From contig MCFH01000008.1 in assembly GCA_002104945.1 (NCBI GenBank), positions 1 through 64,000 of the forward strand: a stretch of 64,000 nt of DNA. The letters run 5' to 3'. Source of the stretch: Piromyces finnis finn. Taxonomy: Eukaryota; Fungi; Neocallimastigomycota. Position 1 is the first letter of the stretch; every line of letters begins with the position of its first letter. Of this stretch, positions 40,050-55,495 are shown piece by piece. The notes below the pieces were generated by a model that was given only the letters and a program-made list of their open reading frames with translations, was not told where the DNA came from and did no database searches. The position numbers were made by a program, and so were the translations under genes.

Positions 40050-43000
40050 TTAAACTCTTTCCATTTCTAAATACATTTGATCAATGGCTTTTCTGTATTT
40101 CTTGATAGCAACATTACGTTTAAGTTTAAATACAGGTGTTCTATATTTTTTTTTTTTTTTTTTTAAAAAAAAGAAAATGTATTAGTAAAATACAGATATA
40201 TATTTTTAATAATTTTGTAGATATTGTATATATATATATATTTTCTTTATTTATCCTGTTCTATTCTATTTTATCCTATCCTATTCTATCCTACTCTATT
40301 CTATTCTATTTTATCCTATTCTTCCTATCCTTTCCTATCCTATTCTATTCTATTTTATCCTATTCTATCCTATTCTATCCTACTCTACTCTATTCTATTT
40401 TATCCTATTCTATTCTATCCTATCCTATCCTATCCTCCTATAGGTATGCATTTTTTTTTTTAAAAAAAAGAAAAAAAACTTACAATAAATTATTTTCGGT
40501 GGAGAAGGGTTCAGTTTCAAAAACAATGTTACGAAGACATTCAAATCCTTTGAGATCATTGGCACGACAGTGCTTGTCAAGTTCTGTGAGCATTGCTTTC
40601 TTTAATTCTGGGTTGGAATAAAGATCCTTTAATGGCATGGTATCGGCTTCGGCTACTTGAAGGGTATTTAAGGCATATTGACGAATTTCTGGTTCATCCG
40701 GAACAATAACACCAACAAGGGAATTTTGAAGGGATTCACCGTGAACAAAGGCTTGCTCTACCAATTCATGGTTAATTAAAACATTTTCAATCTTTTCCGG
40801 GGCAACATATTCTCCTTGGGCTAACTTGAAAATATTTTTAACACGATCGATAATCTTTAAACGTCCCTTTTCATCCCACATACCAATATCACCGGTATGA
40901 CACCAACCTTCTTCATCCTTGGTATCTGCCGTAACCTCTGGCATTTTATAATATTCTTTAAAGACATTAGGTCCTTTGACCATAATTTCACCTCTTGGGA
41001 ATGGTTTATCTTCAGAGGTGTAGTTCATTTCTGGTATATCACGAAGTTTAATTTCACAACATGGCCATGGTACACCATTATTACCGGCTTCTGTTTCATT
41101 ACGACGAGTAAGTGAGATACATCCGACGGTTTCGGTAGAACCATAGCCTTCAAAAATTTCACAAGAAAAGGAAATACGCATAAAGTCCATAACATCTGAA
41201 GAAAGTGGCGCTGAACCCACTAACATGACCTTAATTTCCCCTCCTAATTTTTCACGAATAGATTTAAAAACAAGACCATCCCAAAGCCAATGGGTTAATT
41301 TACCCTTGGTTAATCCTCTCATTTTTGATTTACAGGCCCAGTTAAAGAGGAAACGAACAATGGCAGGTTTGGTGGCAATAGTTTTATTAACAACACCATA
41401 AACACGATTTAAAAGACGTGGAACGGTAATGAAACAGGTTGGCTTCAATGCATTAATATCACTCATGACATTCTTGACACTTCCGGTGTAAAAACCAATT
41501 CTAGCACTAAGGAAAACAAAACTATGAAAGATGGCTTGTTCAAAGACATGTGCCAATGGTAAATAAGAGATATAACAGTCGGTTTCATCAAATTGATAGA
41601 GTTGTTTACTAAGAATAACAAGATAGACACTACCTACAAAACATAACATATTACGGTGAGTGAGAACAACACCTTTTGGTTTACCAGTTGTACCAGAGGT
41701 ATAACAAATTAATGCAGTATCTTCTAATTCTGGTTCAATTGGATCTGTTTTGAAGGATGCGTCCGCTTCAACCTCCTTTTCTATATCTTCTAGGGTAATA
41801 ACATTTACACCTAATTCTTTTAAAATGGACATATCTTCATCAGAAGGTTGGGTAAATGCAATTAAAGTTTTAATATTAGTTTTGAAATTTGGAATTGAAG
41901 CTAAAAGTTTAATTTTTTCTGCGCTTGAAGCAATCATGTTCATTTCAGTTTGTTCAATAATCATTTCTAATGAGGTGATACCAAGAGTATCGTATAATGG
42001 AACAATAGTACCATTATTATAAAAAGTACCAAACATAGTATAGGCCTAGTAAAGTTGATATTAATATATTTTATAAATTAAAAGGATCATAAATTTTAAT
42101 TTCGTATAGCGTATAACCGCCGTATCGTTATATCATGATATTTAATTATTCATTCATTATTGTAACAAATATATAGAATATAATAAATATTATTTTATTA
42201 TTTAGTATTTTGTTTTATAAAATAAAAAAAAAAAAAAAAAAGATAAAGTTTAAATAGAAAATAACATTTATTAGTAAATAAATAAAAATATATTTACCCA
42301 TTGTAAAGAATTTATACCAATGATACCAATAAAAGAACCCTTTTGAATATTTAATTTTTTGTTGAAATAGGCCCTATTATCGTCATAGTCATGAATATTC
42401 ATATTATTTGTTAAATGATATTTAAAACAGGTCATTAATCCATTAATGTATATAAATATATATTAATATGGTGAAATTAGTATTATGCTTGTTTTGCTTT
42501 TTTTTTTTTTTTTTTTTTTGTATGATTTGTTCAATTTTATTTTATTTTATTTTATTTTATTTTTAGAAAATTAAATAATTTTAATGTATTTTTTTTTTCA
42601 ATTTACCCATAACGTTTAACATGTTCGTAAAATTCACTATATGTTTGCCATTCATATTCACCAAAAGTTCCGTCTTCATTCTTTTGTCTACTACCTAAGA
42701 ATCTATTGTTTGCTACATTATTTTTTTTTTTTAAAAAAAAAAAAAGAAAGAAATTATTAACGAAATGCATTTTAAAATCAAATTTTCAAGAAAATAATAA
42801 ACACTACTGCTAATGGCAATAATAGTAACAATAATAATAGTATGTGTTCAATAAAAAGGGGTTTTTTTTTTTTTGATGCTTACGACTTTTTTTAACGGTA
42901 AGTTCTAAATTATCTAAAAGAGAATTTACACCTATTGGTTCACCATATAAAGTATCCCAATCTTCACTAACAAAAATTCTTCTTGGCTATAATATAAATT

Positions 43001-43408
43001 AGTTATTTATTTAATAGGGAAATAATATTTTAAATTGATGAATATTTTTTAGTTGGTAAAACTTTTTTTTATTTTTTATTGGAATTAATATTAATATTAT
43101 TATTATTATTATTATTATTTTTAAAAAAATAAAAATTTCTTATTGAACCTATTAAACATGCTGTGTACATGTTTATTTTATATATTATTTTTTATTTAAT
43201 ATGTATATATATATATACAAGAATTTACCTTTCCTTCACCATCCTTTTTTGGGTACTTTGTCATTTCAATAGCACCTGGTGGATTCTTTACATTTTCTTC
43301 GTTAATTGGTCTAGAAAATTCTGGGTAAAGGTTAGCACCATAACCTCTATTGCTAATGTCGTCCTTATCGACGTTAACTGGGTTATTGTTATTTGTATTT
43401 TCTGTCAT
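40050..43408 (-). CDS. Long-chain acyl-CoA synthetase (AMP-binding), multi-exon
   Basis: YTSGTTGKPKG, SYLPLAH, EGYGSTE, GEIMVKGPNVFKEY, HTGDIG, IIDRVKNIFKLAQGEYVAPEKIE. Last exon TPVFKLKR ends at TAA 40050-40052. Confidence 0.9.
40252..40441. repeat. Intronic (CTATT/CTATC)n pentanucleotide microsatellite
   Basis: Visible directly, in the last intron of the acyl-CoA synthetase gene. Confidence 0.9.
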
Positions 43409-43586
43409 TTTTTTTTTTTTTATTTTATTATTTTTTATTACTCTTTTTTTTTTTTTTTTTTTTTTTTCTAATATTATTATTAATTTACAATTTTCAAAAT
43501 ATATTATATATAGAAAGAGTAAAGAAATAGATTTTATTATTAATAATGTTTTTTTTATAGTCTTTTTTTTTTTAACTTAAATAAAA

Positions 43587-43713
<127 letters not shown>

Positions 43714-45551
43714 TATAATAATAATAATAATATATATATATATATTTTAACTATATATACATATATACCACAACACGTTGGTTGTGTTTTATTATTATTT
43801 TTTGTATATAATTTAATAAAAATGGTTTGAAATTTTTTTTAATTTAAAATCAGTATTTTGTGTTAATAAACAAATTTATATTTTACTTTTTAAGAATTAA
43901 AAGAGTTTAAACCCTATTATTTTGAATTTTACTATTTACAATTGGAAAAAGCTTTTGTAATAATAATAAAATATTAAATTTTTTAATTCTTTCTTTTTAA
44001 GATATTTTCAGAAAAAAAAGCATTATCTATTCATTTCTTTTAATGTTTATTTCTGATTTAAGAATGGGTCAATAGTTTTTATTCACCAGTATTTCTTTAC
44101 AATTCTTTAACTATTTCTATAGAGTTTTACCATTGGAATTGGTTAGGGTGTTATTTTACACTACTATTCCATTGGTATGTATTGTTATAAAATAACTGTT
44201 TGAATCTATTATTATTTTTCTATAGTTTTCTCCCCTCTTTCTATATTAAGTCATAGTATTATAAATGTTTTTTTTTTTTCATAATGTTTAATTTTTTTTT
44301 GATTCTTTTTCCTTTTTCCATTTTGAACATTTATTATTACTAAAAAATAACTTTTTTTTTATAAAGTATATATGTAATATTCATTTATATTAAAATAATA
44401 ATAATAAAGAAAAACCCTTCATACCTTTTACTTTATTAAAAAAAAAAAGAAATAAAATTTAGATTTTCTATTAGAAAAATGTTCTTTTTTTTTTTAAAAG
44501 TCAAAGTCAGTCATTTTCTTTTTTAAAATAAAAAATTTATATTAATTCTATTTAAATAAATAAATATATAATACAATATATTGTAATATATTATTTAATT
44601 TAATTTCATATTGACATTATTAGTGAGGTGCTTTTCGACATTTTTTTTTTTTTATTTCAAACAATTATTAGCGAGGTACTTTTCAAACGATTAAAGGCAT
44701 TACTCTATAAAATCCAATTATAACAACATAAAAAACCTTTTTATAAGGATTTTTTTTTACTAATAGCCTATTAAAACTAGGATTATTTTTATTTAAAAAA
44801 AAAACAACAATTTTAATAAATTGATTTATTCTTTTCTTGTACTTCTTTTTACCAAAATTTTCTTTGTCAAAAAAAAAAAAAGATTAACTAAAATATCAAT
44901 TTTTAATTGTTATTCAATGTTTCTTTCTATTATTTATATGCATGTAATGATGTTTATTTAATAAATTCGTTATTTCTCCTCATTCCTTTAGGGTAAGGCA
45001 GGCAGAGAGTAAGTGACAGTAACAACTAACCTCTTTGACTTTTTTTAAAGTTTTTAAAAATGTTGACAAAATAATTTACAATATATTACAATATACTGTA
45101 ATATATTATCAATAAAACTAAATTAGTTTTAAAAGGAAAAAATGTCAAAAAACAAAAATAAAAAAAGGTTGAATGTATAAAAAAAGTAAAGAAAAAAAAA
45201 AGTAAACTTTATAATAAAGATTTAAAGGTGAAGAAGAAAATGGAAGGAACATTATTTATGATTTTCTATTCCTTTTAATATTCATTTTTAACATTCATTT
45301 CTATTATAATCCATCATTGAAAAATTCCCGTGATTCTCATATGACTTTCATATGTTTTCTATTATTGAAATACATAAATTTTTTTAATCATTTAAAAATA
45401 TATTCATGGATGGCCTAAAAAAAAAAAAAAAAAAAAAAAACTAAGAGCTATTTAAACGAAAAAGAATATTTTATTATGCCAGTTCAAGTGGTAAAAGAAA
45501 AACTACCATTTCATCATTATAAAAAAGAAATTTGAAATTACCATCACTGCC

Positions 45552-45589
<38 letters not shown>

Positions 45590-46119
45590 AAATTATCATA
45601 TGAAATAAAAAGAATAAGATTTTCAATAAATTATTTTTCATATGAAAAATTCCTTTATTTAATAAATGTACGAAAATGCAAAATTACGTACATTATTAGA
45701 GAAAATGTATACAAAAAACCTTTTTTTTTTAAAAAAGACACAGCATCAGCATGAGGTCATGACAGTGCGACTTGGCCAAAGTTATTTTGAATGGGTTTAT
45801 TTTATTATAATTATAATTATGAGGGATAATTTTAATTTTTAATTATTTTATACAAGATTGACTTTTACTATTGATTATATATATATTTTTATTTTTAATA
45901 ATTCGTATGAATTAAAAATGTAAAACTACACAAGTTTATATATATATAAAATGATTACTTTATATCTTTTTTTTTTTTTTTTTTAATAGCAAACAGATAA
46001 ATTTATGTTTATATAGACTGTTTTAATTTTTTTATTTTTCTCTTTTCAAATTGAATCGTATTTCAATAGCAGAATTATTGTATAATAAATTATTATACAA
46101 AGGTTTAAATCTAGATGAT

Positions 46120-47106
46120 TTATTGAAGATATGGACCTTTTTTTTTTTTTTAAAAGAATAAAGAAATTAAAAAAAAAAAATTAATACTATTGTTATAAAT
46201 AAAAGGTAAAAAAAAAAAAATTATAATTCATGTCTTTGGAATACTTTACTATTTAAACAACCGTATCCTGAGGCAACACCTCCTTCATTAGATTTGTTAC
46301 TCTTTGTTCTTAATAAGTAGCCTCCTTGTTCATTTATAACTGGTTTATCTTCAGAATTACTATGAATCGATGAAAAAAAAAATTTTTTTTTTTTTTTTAA
46401 AAATAATTCATTATTACTCTTTTAACATTTATTATAAATGAATAAAAAAAATTAAATAAATCTCTAGTACCTACCTTAAATAAATACCGTAAATACCTAA
46501 TTCGCTAATCACCTTGAAATCTTCAGCATTACCATCACGTACAATTGTACTGTCTTGAACTTCTGGACGAATTAAATCCATTAAAATATAACCTTCCTTT
46601 TCTTTATCCGATAATTTAGCAAGGAATGGTGGAATATCCTTACCATAAATATTATTACCTCCACCTTCACGTTGTGGTTTCATAACAAAATCATCTGGAT
46701 TTTTAGTTAAACGAGTTAAAGCTTCTTTTGAAGCTTCTGATTGATCAAAAGCATAAAGACCTGTGAATGAGGAACGAATAAAGTTGACTTTTTCTTGATC
46801 CTTAATAAATCTATAATTTTTAAAATGTAAAATAATTTTAAAAATTGATTTAAAAAAAAAAATAATTTAATTATATAGAACTTTTTTTTTTTTTTGAGTA
46901 GCTATTATGTATAAATGCATATATATATTACCTTTCAAGATTGCCTGGAATAGCTAACATTTGTTGAATTTTTTTGGTACCAGAAAGGTGATAACCAATA
47001 TTTGGACATTTTACAGCTTTAGATCTTTCAATCTTTAAACGTGCTTGCCACTTTAATAAAAGGGATTGCAATTATTAAATAAAATAAATGTTTTATTAGT
47101 TTGATG

Positions 47107-47137
<31 letters not shown>

Positions 47138-48870
47138 AAAGAATTTAAATTGACTCTAAATGAATGTAAAATAATCTAATATATATAAAATATATTCTCA
47201 ACATACTTCAATATCACTTGGGTAATCATTTGGGGTATAACCAGCTCTAAAGTAAGCAACTGAAATTTCTTGTCCATCAATCATCAATTTCTTATCAGGT
47301 CCTTCCAAGGTAGCTTCCTTTTCAATTTCTGCTAAAGATTTTCTTATTAATTTAATACCATGTCTATTATTTTTAATAAAAATAAAAAAATAGTTAGTAA
47401 TTTAAAAATTTAAAATTGTTTTAAATATGAGATGGTCGTAGTGTTGACTGGGGGTTTTTTTTTTTCCTTACTTTTCAAAAAGATTATATTCAATCCAACG
47501 TTGATCAAAAGCATTTCTTTCCATTGGTTGAACAATCATTAATACAATGGCACTAATTTTAATACATAAATGATATATATATATTTTTTTAAAAAAAAAA
47601 GATATTAAAAAGTATTCTTTTTTTTTTTTAAGTATATGATCAATAGATTATTACTTTTTAACACCATATAATTCATGAGCTTTAGCAATACCATTTGCAA
47701 GGGATAAGAATGAATCATTGAAAGGTATATTCTTTTCATCAATATTACAACTTTCTGGATAAATTTGACGTTTTGCCAAGTATCTATTTTATTTTATAGA
47801 TTTAAATAATAATAATAATAATAAAATTGATTTATATTATTAATACTCTCTTTCAAAAATACTATATAATATTATTTGATATATATATATATATTTTGGG
47901 GGGTTTCCTTATGTACCTGTGAAGTTCTGAAGTAAGATAGGATAAACTTGAAAAGGAAGAAGCAATAGTATTGAATTCAACTTGTTGAAGAGTTTGTTCA
48001 TTATTTTTGTTATGAATCATGTAATCGGAACGATGAATACCAAGAGTAATATTCTATAATTTTATCATTTCCAATTTATTATTATAAAAAATAAATATAT
48101 GTAAAAAAAAAAAAAAAAAAGTATTAATTACCACTTTCTGATTAAATGGAATAAATTTATATTTATTAAATTAGGATAGATTATTATTAATATTTGTTTT
48201 TTTTTATTCTATCAGTTTTTAATAGTGCCTTTTTTTTTTTTTTTTTTTTTTTTGAAAAAAGAAATAAAAAAAAAATAACAATTATGATTTTAAATAATAA
48301 CCTGAGCTGTTCCTTCCTTTTGAACTTTTTGATAAATATCGTACAAGTTGGTGATGAAATTGTCAGAATTTCCTAAGCTGTAATATTTAATTTTAAATAA
48401 TAATAAGTTTAATTTTCACAAAGAATTTAAAGTTAAACAGTTATTATACAAATAACAACGACAACGACAACAACAATAATATATATTTGTTATCCTATTA
48501 GCATTACTTGTAATATTAATATTATGGATAATTTCAAAAATTAAATTTTTGAAAAACCAAAAAAAAAAGTATTTCTTTGGTAGTATAAATAATACCTTTT
48601 GACAGCAGTGTCAATAAATTCTTTATCCTTTGAAATAGAATGGAAAAGTTCGTTGTAAATTGGTTGAAGTTCTCTAGCTTTTTGGAAACAAGTTTTTGAG
48701 AATGGTGCTGGGGTAAGAGCAAATGGAGCATGAGTAGCTGCATATTTTATTGGTTCTGGTATAGCTTGGGTTGAGCAAGAAAAAGTTAAAGGAACTCTAT
48801 AGTTGAGACCATGAGCAAGAGCCCAATCGATAGCATGTCTAATAACGACACCTTTTGTAGTGTTATTCAT
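46120..48870 (-). CDS. GSH2: Eukaryotic-type glutathione synthetase, multi-exon
   Basis: [65 protein letters not shown]. Last exon SPYLQ* ends at 46120. Confidence 0.9.
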
Positions 48871-50288
48871 TTTATTATCTTTTTATTATTATTATTATTA
48901 TTATTTTAATTTTTAATGTTGTTAATAAAAAAATTATTAATAATAATTAATTTAGTTTTAATTGAAATTTAAGTCATTTCGGATAGATTTGAAATTTGAA
49001 ATGTCATTGATTTTTTTTAAAGTAAAAAATTAAAGAAGAAGAAGAAGAAGAAGAAGAAAAAGATGGTTAGACAACATTTTATATCCAACACATAATATTA
49101 AAAAAAAAAAAATAAGTAAATTTCCATAGTTTACTTACTACTATCTAATATACAATTAGGAGTAGACATTGGATATTGTAATAAATATAATAATAAATAT
49201 TTATTTTTATTGATAGATTTGAATAAATAATATTAAAAAAAAAAAAAAAAAAAAAAAAAGGAAAAATGTATAAAAAAAAAATAAAAAAGTGGAAATTTAA
49301 TACCTTTTTATTTTAAACAAGTTTTTTTTTTTTTATTTTATTATACCGCACACACACCACTTTTAAACTATTTATTAATAGATAAAAAAATAAAAAATTT
49401 TTTTTTAAAAGTGGATTATTAATATTAATAAAAAAAAATTTTTTTTAATTAATTATCGGATTAAAGATCCACCATTTTTTAAGGAAAAAAAAAAAAAAGA
49501 TGCTTATTAGAAAAAGAGATAAAAGGAACTTTTTTTTTTTTTTTAGTAATTAATGAATTTTATTTTATTTTAAATATAAAAGTTAAAAGTAAATAATAAT
49601 CATAACACTAATAGTAATAATAAAATAATATATAAATATATATATTATTTAAATAAATAAAAAAATTATTATTAAAAAAAAAAAAAGAACATGAAATATT
49701 GAATTTTTTTTTTATTTTATTTTAAAAAGAACAAACCATTATTACATTTAATTACCCTTTTATTGTGCAGGTAAAGAATAAATAAATAAATAAATAAATA
49801 ATTATTAAATCATTCAATAATTCAATAATAATAGTAAAAAAAAAATATTTATTATTAATTTGGTTTAAATTTACCAAAGTGAGAGTGAGGGTAATATATA
49901 TATTAAAAAATAAAGAAAAAAGAAAATGAAAAAAAAAAAAAAAAAGATATAAAAATCTATCATTTATATATTTTGATAGGTAATAATTACTCTTATTTTA
50001 AACCATTTTCTTATTAGGAATAAATAGATACTGTATCTGAAATAATTGAAAAGGTATTTCAATATTTTTTCTATATGTTTTTTTTTTTTAAATTACATTT
50101 TAATAGGGGGTTTTAATAAAATAAAAATAGGTAGTGGAAAAATCTCTAATACTATAATACATGTTTCTATTCTTGTGTTTTTTTTAATATTATTCTATTT
50201 TTGTGTTTATTAACAACTACTATTATTGCTACTATTGATATCACTGTTATCTTGACTATTTAAAGTTAAAAAAAAGTATAAAAGGTTG

Positions 50289-50319
<31 letters not shown>

Positions 50320-50752
50320 GGGGGGGGGAGGGTGTGAAGAAAGGGTTAATATTACATTATAGAATTATGTTTTTCACGTTTTGAATTTGTATTTTCATTA
50401 CCCTATTACAATTAAAAATAAAAAATCAAATAAAATCAAAATATATAAAATATATAAAATATATAAAATATATAAAATATATAAAATATGTCGGTAGATA
50501 TCATTAGCAATAATAATAAAAGAGTTAGGGTGAATATATTTAATAGAATAATTATTTTTCATATATATATATATAATATCAATCAATAATATATAAAGGG
50601 TATTAGATTAAAATCATAATAAAAATAAAATCTTTAAAAAAAAAAAAACAGAGATAGGTAAAAAAAATTAAAATTTACGATATAAAAAAAAAATTGATCC
50701 TCTAAAATAATTGTAGGTAAAAACTATATAGAGATATTGATTTTTAAACTCC

Positions 50753-52178
50753 TCACAAATCATTCTTTATTATTTTGGATAAACTTTTATTTACCTTATG
50801 CTTACTATTAGAAAAGATAGATTTAAAACGAGTAATGGTAACTTTATAACTGTTATATCTTGGTAATGATTGGAATTTCTTTTTTGGTTGTTCTGCACTT
50901 TTTGAAGTTCTTGGTAAAGTCTTGTTTCTTTCTTCGTATTGACGATTGAATCGGGTGGAAGAGGTGGAAGAAGAAGGTGAAGATGGTAAGGATGGTGATT
51001 GTTGATGTGTATCTGGATATTTTGGTATTGTTTTTGGTGTATTTGTATTTGTGGTGTTGATTTCCAATTGATTTAGATTTGGAACTGAATTGGCATAATT
51101 ATTTTTATTTCCAGAGGATTGTTTATAAAATAAGGATGATCTTGGTAAGGTATGTGGTGAAGATAATTCAATTTGTTTTGATCCATTTGGTTTATTCAAA
51201 TTAGTTGGACTGGAAGGGATACTTGAATTATAAAATGCTGGTATTCTAGGTAAAGTATGTGGACTGATTAAATTGGTACCCTTTTTATTATATAAGGCAT
51301 TATTAATATCATTATAGACATTGGCATCAGAAGTGGGTGATGGATTATAGAAAACAGGTTGTCTTGTGAGTTCATTTTGACTTGAAATTTGATTAGTGGT
51401 GGTGGATTGAGAGGAAATTTGAACCGGTGGAACGATTGGGAGCGAATTAGGGTTAGTGATAGAACTATTATTATTAACAAGGGTACTTGAGGAATCAGCG
51501 GGTTGAATAGAGGAATAATGAATTCCTTGGGGTGAATTAAAGGTATTGCTTGTTGTTGGATTCAAAAGTGAATTAAAACCAGGAATACTAGGGTTAATAA
51601 CATTAATATTATTATTAATAATTGGTTGATTCATAACACTGATTTTATGATGACTATTCATAGTGCCATAATTGACCGGGGTAATATCACTTAATCCAGT
51701 AACCTTATTATTGGGAAGAGATGAAATTGGATTGGTATTACCATGATTACTGTCTTGATTTATTCTTGTAATGTCGTCCGTACTAGGATTAAAAGATTGA
51801 GTTATTTTATCATCTTTTAAATCGTCTAAAAGAGTTTTGGAACTTTCTTTATTATCCAATGAGCTTAATTTTGATTCATTTTCCTTTTCTTTATTATAAT
51901 TTTCAATATATTTTTCAGAACATAAATAGTTATAATTAAAAGAATCATCTGGATTATTACTTAGAGAAAATACTGGTGGATTTGGTTTTGGAATATTTTC
52001 AATGGATTCAATATAATTTTCTTTTTTCAAACAATTCTGTATTCTTTTAACCGTTGGTAAATTTTCATTTTTAATTAACTTGACGTTGTTTTTATTGTTA
52101 AATTCTTTATTGAAAAGAATACTACAAAATCTTAATTTTCTTCCAAGTTCACCCTTTGTACTTTTATTTCCAATATTT

Positions 52179-52234
<56 letters not shown>

Positions 52235-53284
52235 GTTGTTGTTGTTGTTGTTGTTGTTATTGTTGTGTTATTATTATTATTATTATTATTGTTGTTGTTG
52301 TTGTTGTTGTTGTAAAATATATATATGAAAAATAAAATTTTAAAGCAAAAAAATTATAAAAAAAAAAATATTGATAATTAAAATACAGTTTTTAATAGTG
52401 AAATATATTGTAAATATATATATTTTAACAATTACATCCTAAAAGCCTGATTAATACAATGAAGCCATTTATCATATTCAGCACCACCATTACATGAAAA
52501 TTCATAGCTTTGTTGGGGATGGTCTGAATTAATTTTTATAGAATATTTTCTGTCATTACTTGAAATATATGAAACATCTTTTTTTGAAATAAAGATTTCA
52601 ATAGATTAAAATATGAAAAATAAAATAAATAAAATAATAATAAAAAAAAAAAAAGCAATTAATATTTATTTTATAATTGTAATGTAATTAATAAATGAAA
52701 AGGAAAATCATTTTATTTATATGTAAAATCAAGTGGATAATTTACTTGAAAAGTGAATAAATAAAGGATTTGAAAGATCTGCATTTGAATTTAATACTAT
52801 TAATACAGCTTCACCTAAAATTTATGTATTTTTTTTATGAATAATATGTAAATATGGTGAAAAAAAGTATTGGGATTGACATTTAATTATTTTTTTTATT
52901 ATTTTAAAATATATATACCATTTATTGCAGCAATGGTAAGATGCCCTAAATAAAGAGGTGCATTTGGATCCAATGAATAATTTACTATATTTGAAAGCTT
53001 TAATTGAATTAGAAATAAAAAAAAAAAAAAAAAAAATTACGAAATATTAATATTTTTATTTTATTTTTAAAAAATTTTTTTTAATAATACATAGTTAAAA
53101 CATTTACCTTATTATATATATAAAAACAATCATCGATAGATATTGGTAAACATAACATTAAATATGGTCTCGATTTTAAAATAGAATCTTTATGATATAT
53201 TTTCCCTCTAATTTTAAAAAATTGTATTTTTAAATTTAATAAATTAATAAATAAATTCGTTTTCAAGTTATTGTCATTATTCAT
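50753..53284 (-). CDS. Multi-exon protein with an N-terminal PH-like domain and an S/P/N-rich tail (3' end uncertain)
   Basis: Exon near 52430-52590 reads YSIKINSDHPQQSYEFSCNGGAEYDKWLHCINQA, a PH C-terminal helix pattern. It joins the 425-aa ORF. Confidence 0.5.
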
Positions 53285-53789
53285 TATTATTAATAAATCC
53301 TATTGAATAATAATATCAGTATTTCTTTATCAAAATTAAAAAATACAATTTTTTGTTGATGTTAATATTACTATTCATAATTTTATTTATAGTTTTATAA
53401 AATGTCTCGGTGAAAAAATGGTTTAAATATTAAAGTTGATATTCTTATATTCATCTTTATTAATTTTTTTGTTGTTGTTCTTTTTTGTTTTGCAGTAATA
53501 ATATTTTTTTTTTCAAATATATAAAGTAAAGGTATAATAAATTAAAAAAAAAAAGGTAGTAGTTACGTTAAAACAAGAGGTTCGTCTATACTAGAGTAAT
53601 TTATTTGATTCATCGTTTAATTCTATATAAATTATACTAAAAAAATAAAAAAAAATTATAGAATAATATTCTACAATATCTATTGTTGAATAATAAAAGT
53701 TACTTTTTATTATAATAAAGGTTTTAAAAGGTGTTTTTTAAAAAAGTTCATTTATCCTTTTTCTTTCTTTCTTTTTTATCTTTGTTAAA

Positions 53790-53827
<38 letters not shown>

Positions 53828-55495
53828 TTTTTTATATTTCTTTTTATGGTATTATTAATTATATACAAACTTTAATTAATATTATATTGTACAATATATT
53901 ATAATATATGTAGTAATAAGAAATTAATATATTAATAAACCATTTTAAATTATATAAAAATGCCCTTTTAGCGGGTTTTAGCGGGTAGTGCAATATAGGA
54001 TAGTACTTTTACATACCACTACTAAATATTATTACTATAAATATTAAATATTAAATATTATTATTATTGTCAATTTCATATATAATGGAAAGAAAAAAAA
54101 AGATAGTATCTTTTTATATTTTGATAATGATATGTTTTTTTTTTAATTGTCAACTCTATTTCATCAAAGTATTAATAATTTGAATCGTCTCAACTAATAC
54201 TAAAAGAATTATACAATGAAATACTTTTTCGTATTATACTTTTCATTAATACATATAAAATGTTTTCTTTTTTATTATTATTTAATCATTGTTATATACA
54301 ATATCAACTACTATAATACTATTCAAATATAAATTTTATTTTTTATTTTTATATAATCATTATATATACCATTATGCTATTATGTAATTTAAAAAATAGT
54401 TTTTATATAAAACAAGTGATAACTAGAAATATTGCAATTTTAATTATAATAGTAATACTTAATGATCATGAATATTAATAATTAATTGTTACAGCAATAT
54501 AAATGAAGAATTATTAAAGATTTTTAATAATTAACAATTATTTAAATTAAAAAAAAGTATTATTTATATTATTTATAGGGAAATGAGTGTGTTTCCATTG
54601 TTTTACTAGTTTTAATAATCGTTTTTTTTTTACTTTCCTTCTTGGTTCTGGTTGAATTCTTTCACTTCTTCCTTTATTCTTTTTTTTTAATTAATAAAAT
54701 TATTTTTTTTTAATTTAGTTTGTTTCATTTAAAATTATATAATTTAAAGTTTATAAATTGATAAATTAAAAATTAATTTATTACCATCAATTTAAGTTAA
54801 TTTTATTGGTTGGTTTTATTTATAATAATATTCAAAAATATAAACATTTAATATACGAGTGACAGGTAGAATTTTGAAAAGAGGAAAGAAATAACAAAAG
54901 AAAGAAAAGAAAAGGAGGGAAAAAATGGCTTTAAATAAACCAAAAACAAGAATAACAATTAATAGTTTATAATATATATAAAACATTTTTAATTTTAAAT
55001 ATAAAAAAAATAAATTAATAATGATTATTTAATATAAATAAAAAAAAAAGTTATCTTCAAATTTAATTATTAATTATTATTACTTGTATTGTTATTATGA
55101 TGATAAGGATTATGATTATTTATGATTATGATTATGTTTATTATTGTTATTGTTGTTATTATTGTTGTTCTTATTAATAGTATTATTATTATGATTATAA
55201 CTATTTTTTATTTTTCAAAATTACTATTAAACCATCAATTAGGATTAGAATGGGTCAAAATAGTTTTAAAATATTATAAATTTAGGTATATTTAAATAAT
55301 GTATACATTTTGTATTTTATGGATGATTTTTATTTTTTATCTGTACTTACAAGAGTAATATAAAGTGTCATTCCATAGTTTTAAAAAGTATAGATAATTA
55401 CTTTTTTTTTTTTAAATAAAGTATAATAAAATGACTAAATTTACTTTTCATTTATTTAAAAAAAAATATTTTGATCATTAATTAGTGATTAAAAT

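Noticed and set aside
53960-53990. TTTTAGCGGG doublet as a Helitron 3' hairpin
   Set aside because: The stem is weak, no CTRR terminus follows and there is no second copy in the window.
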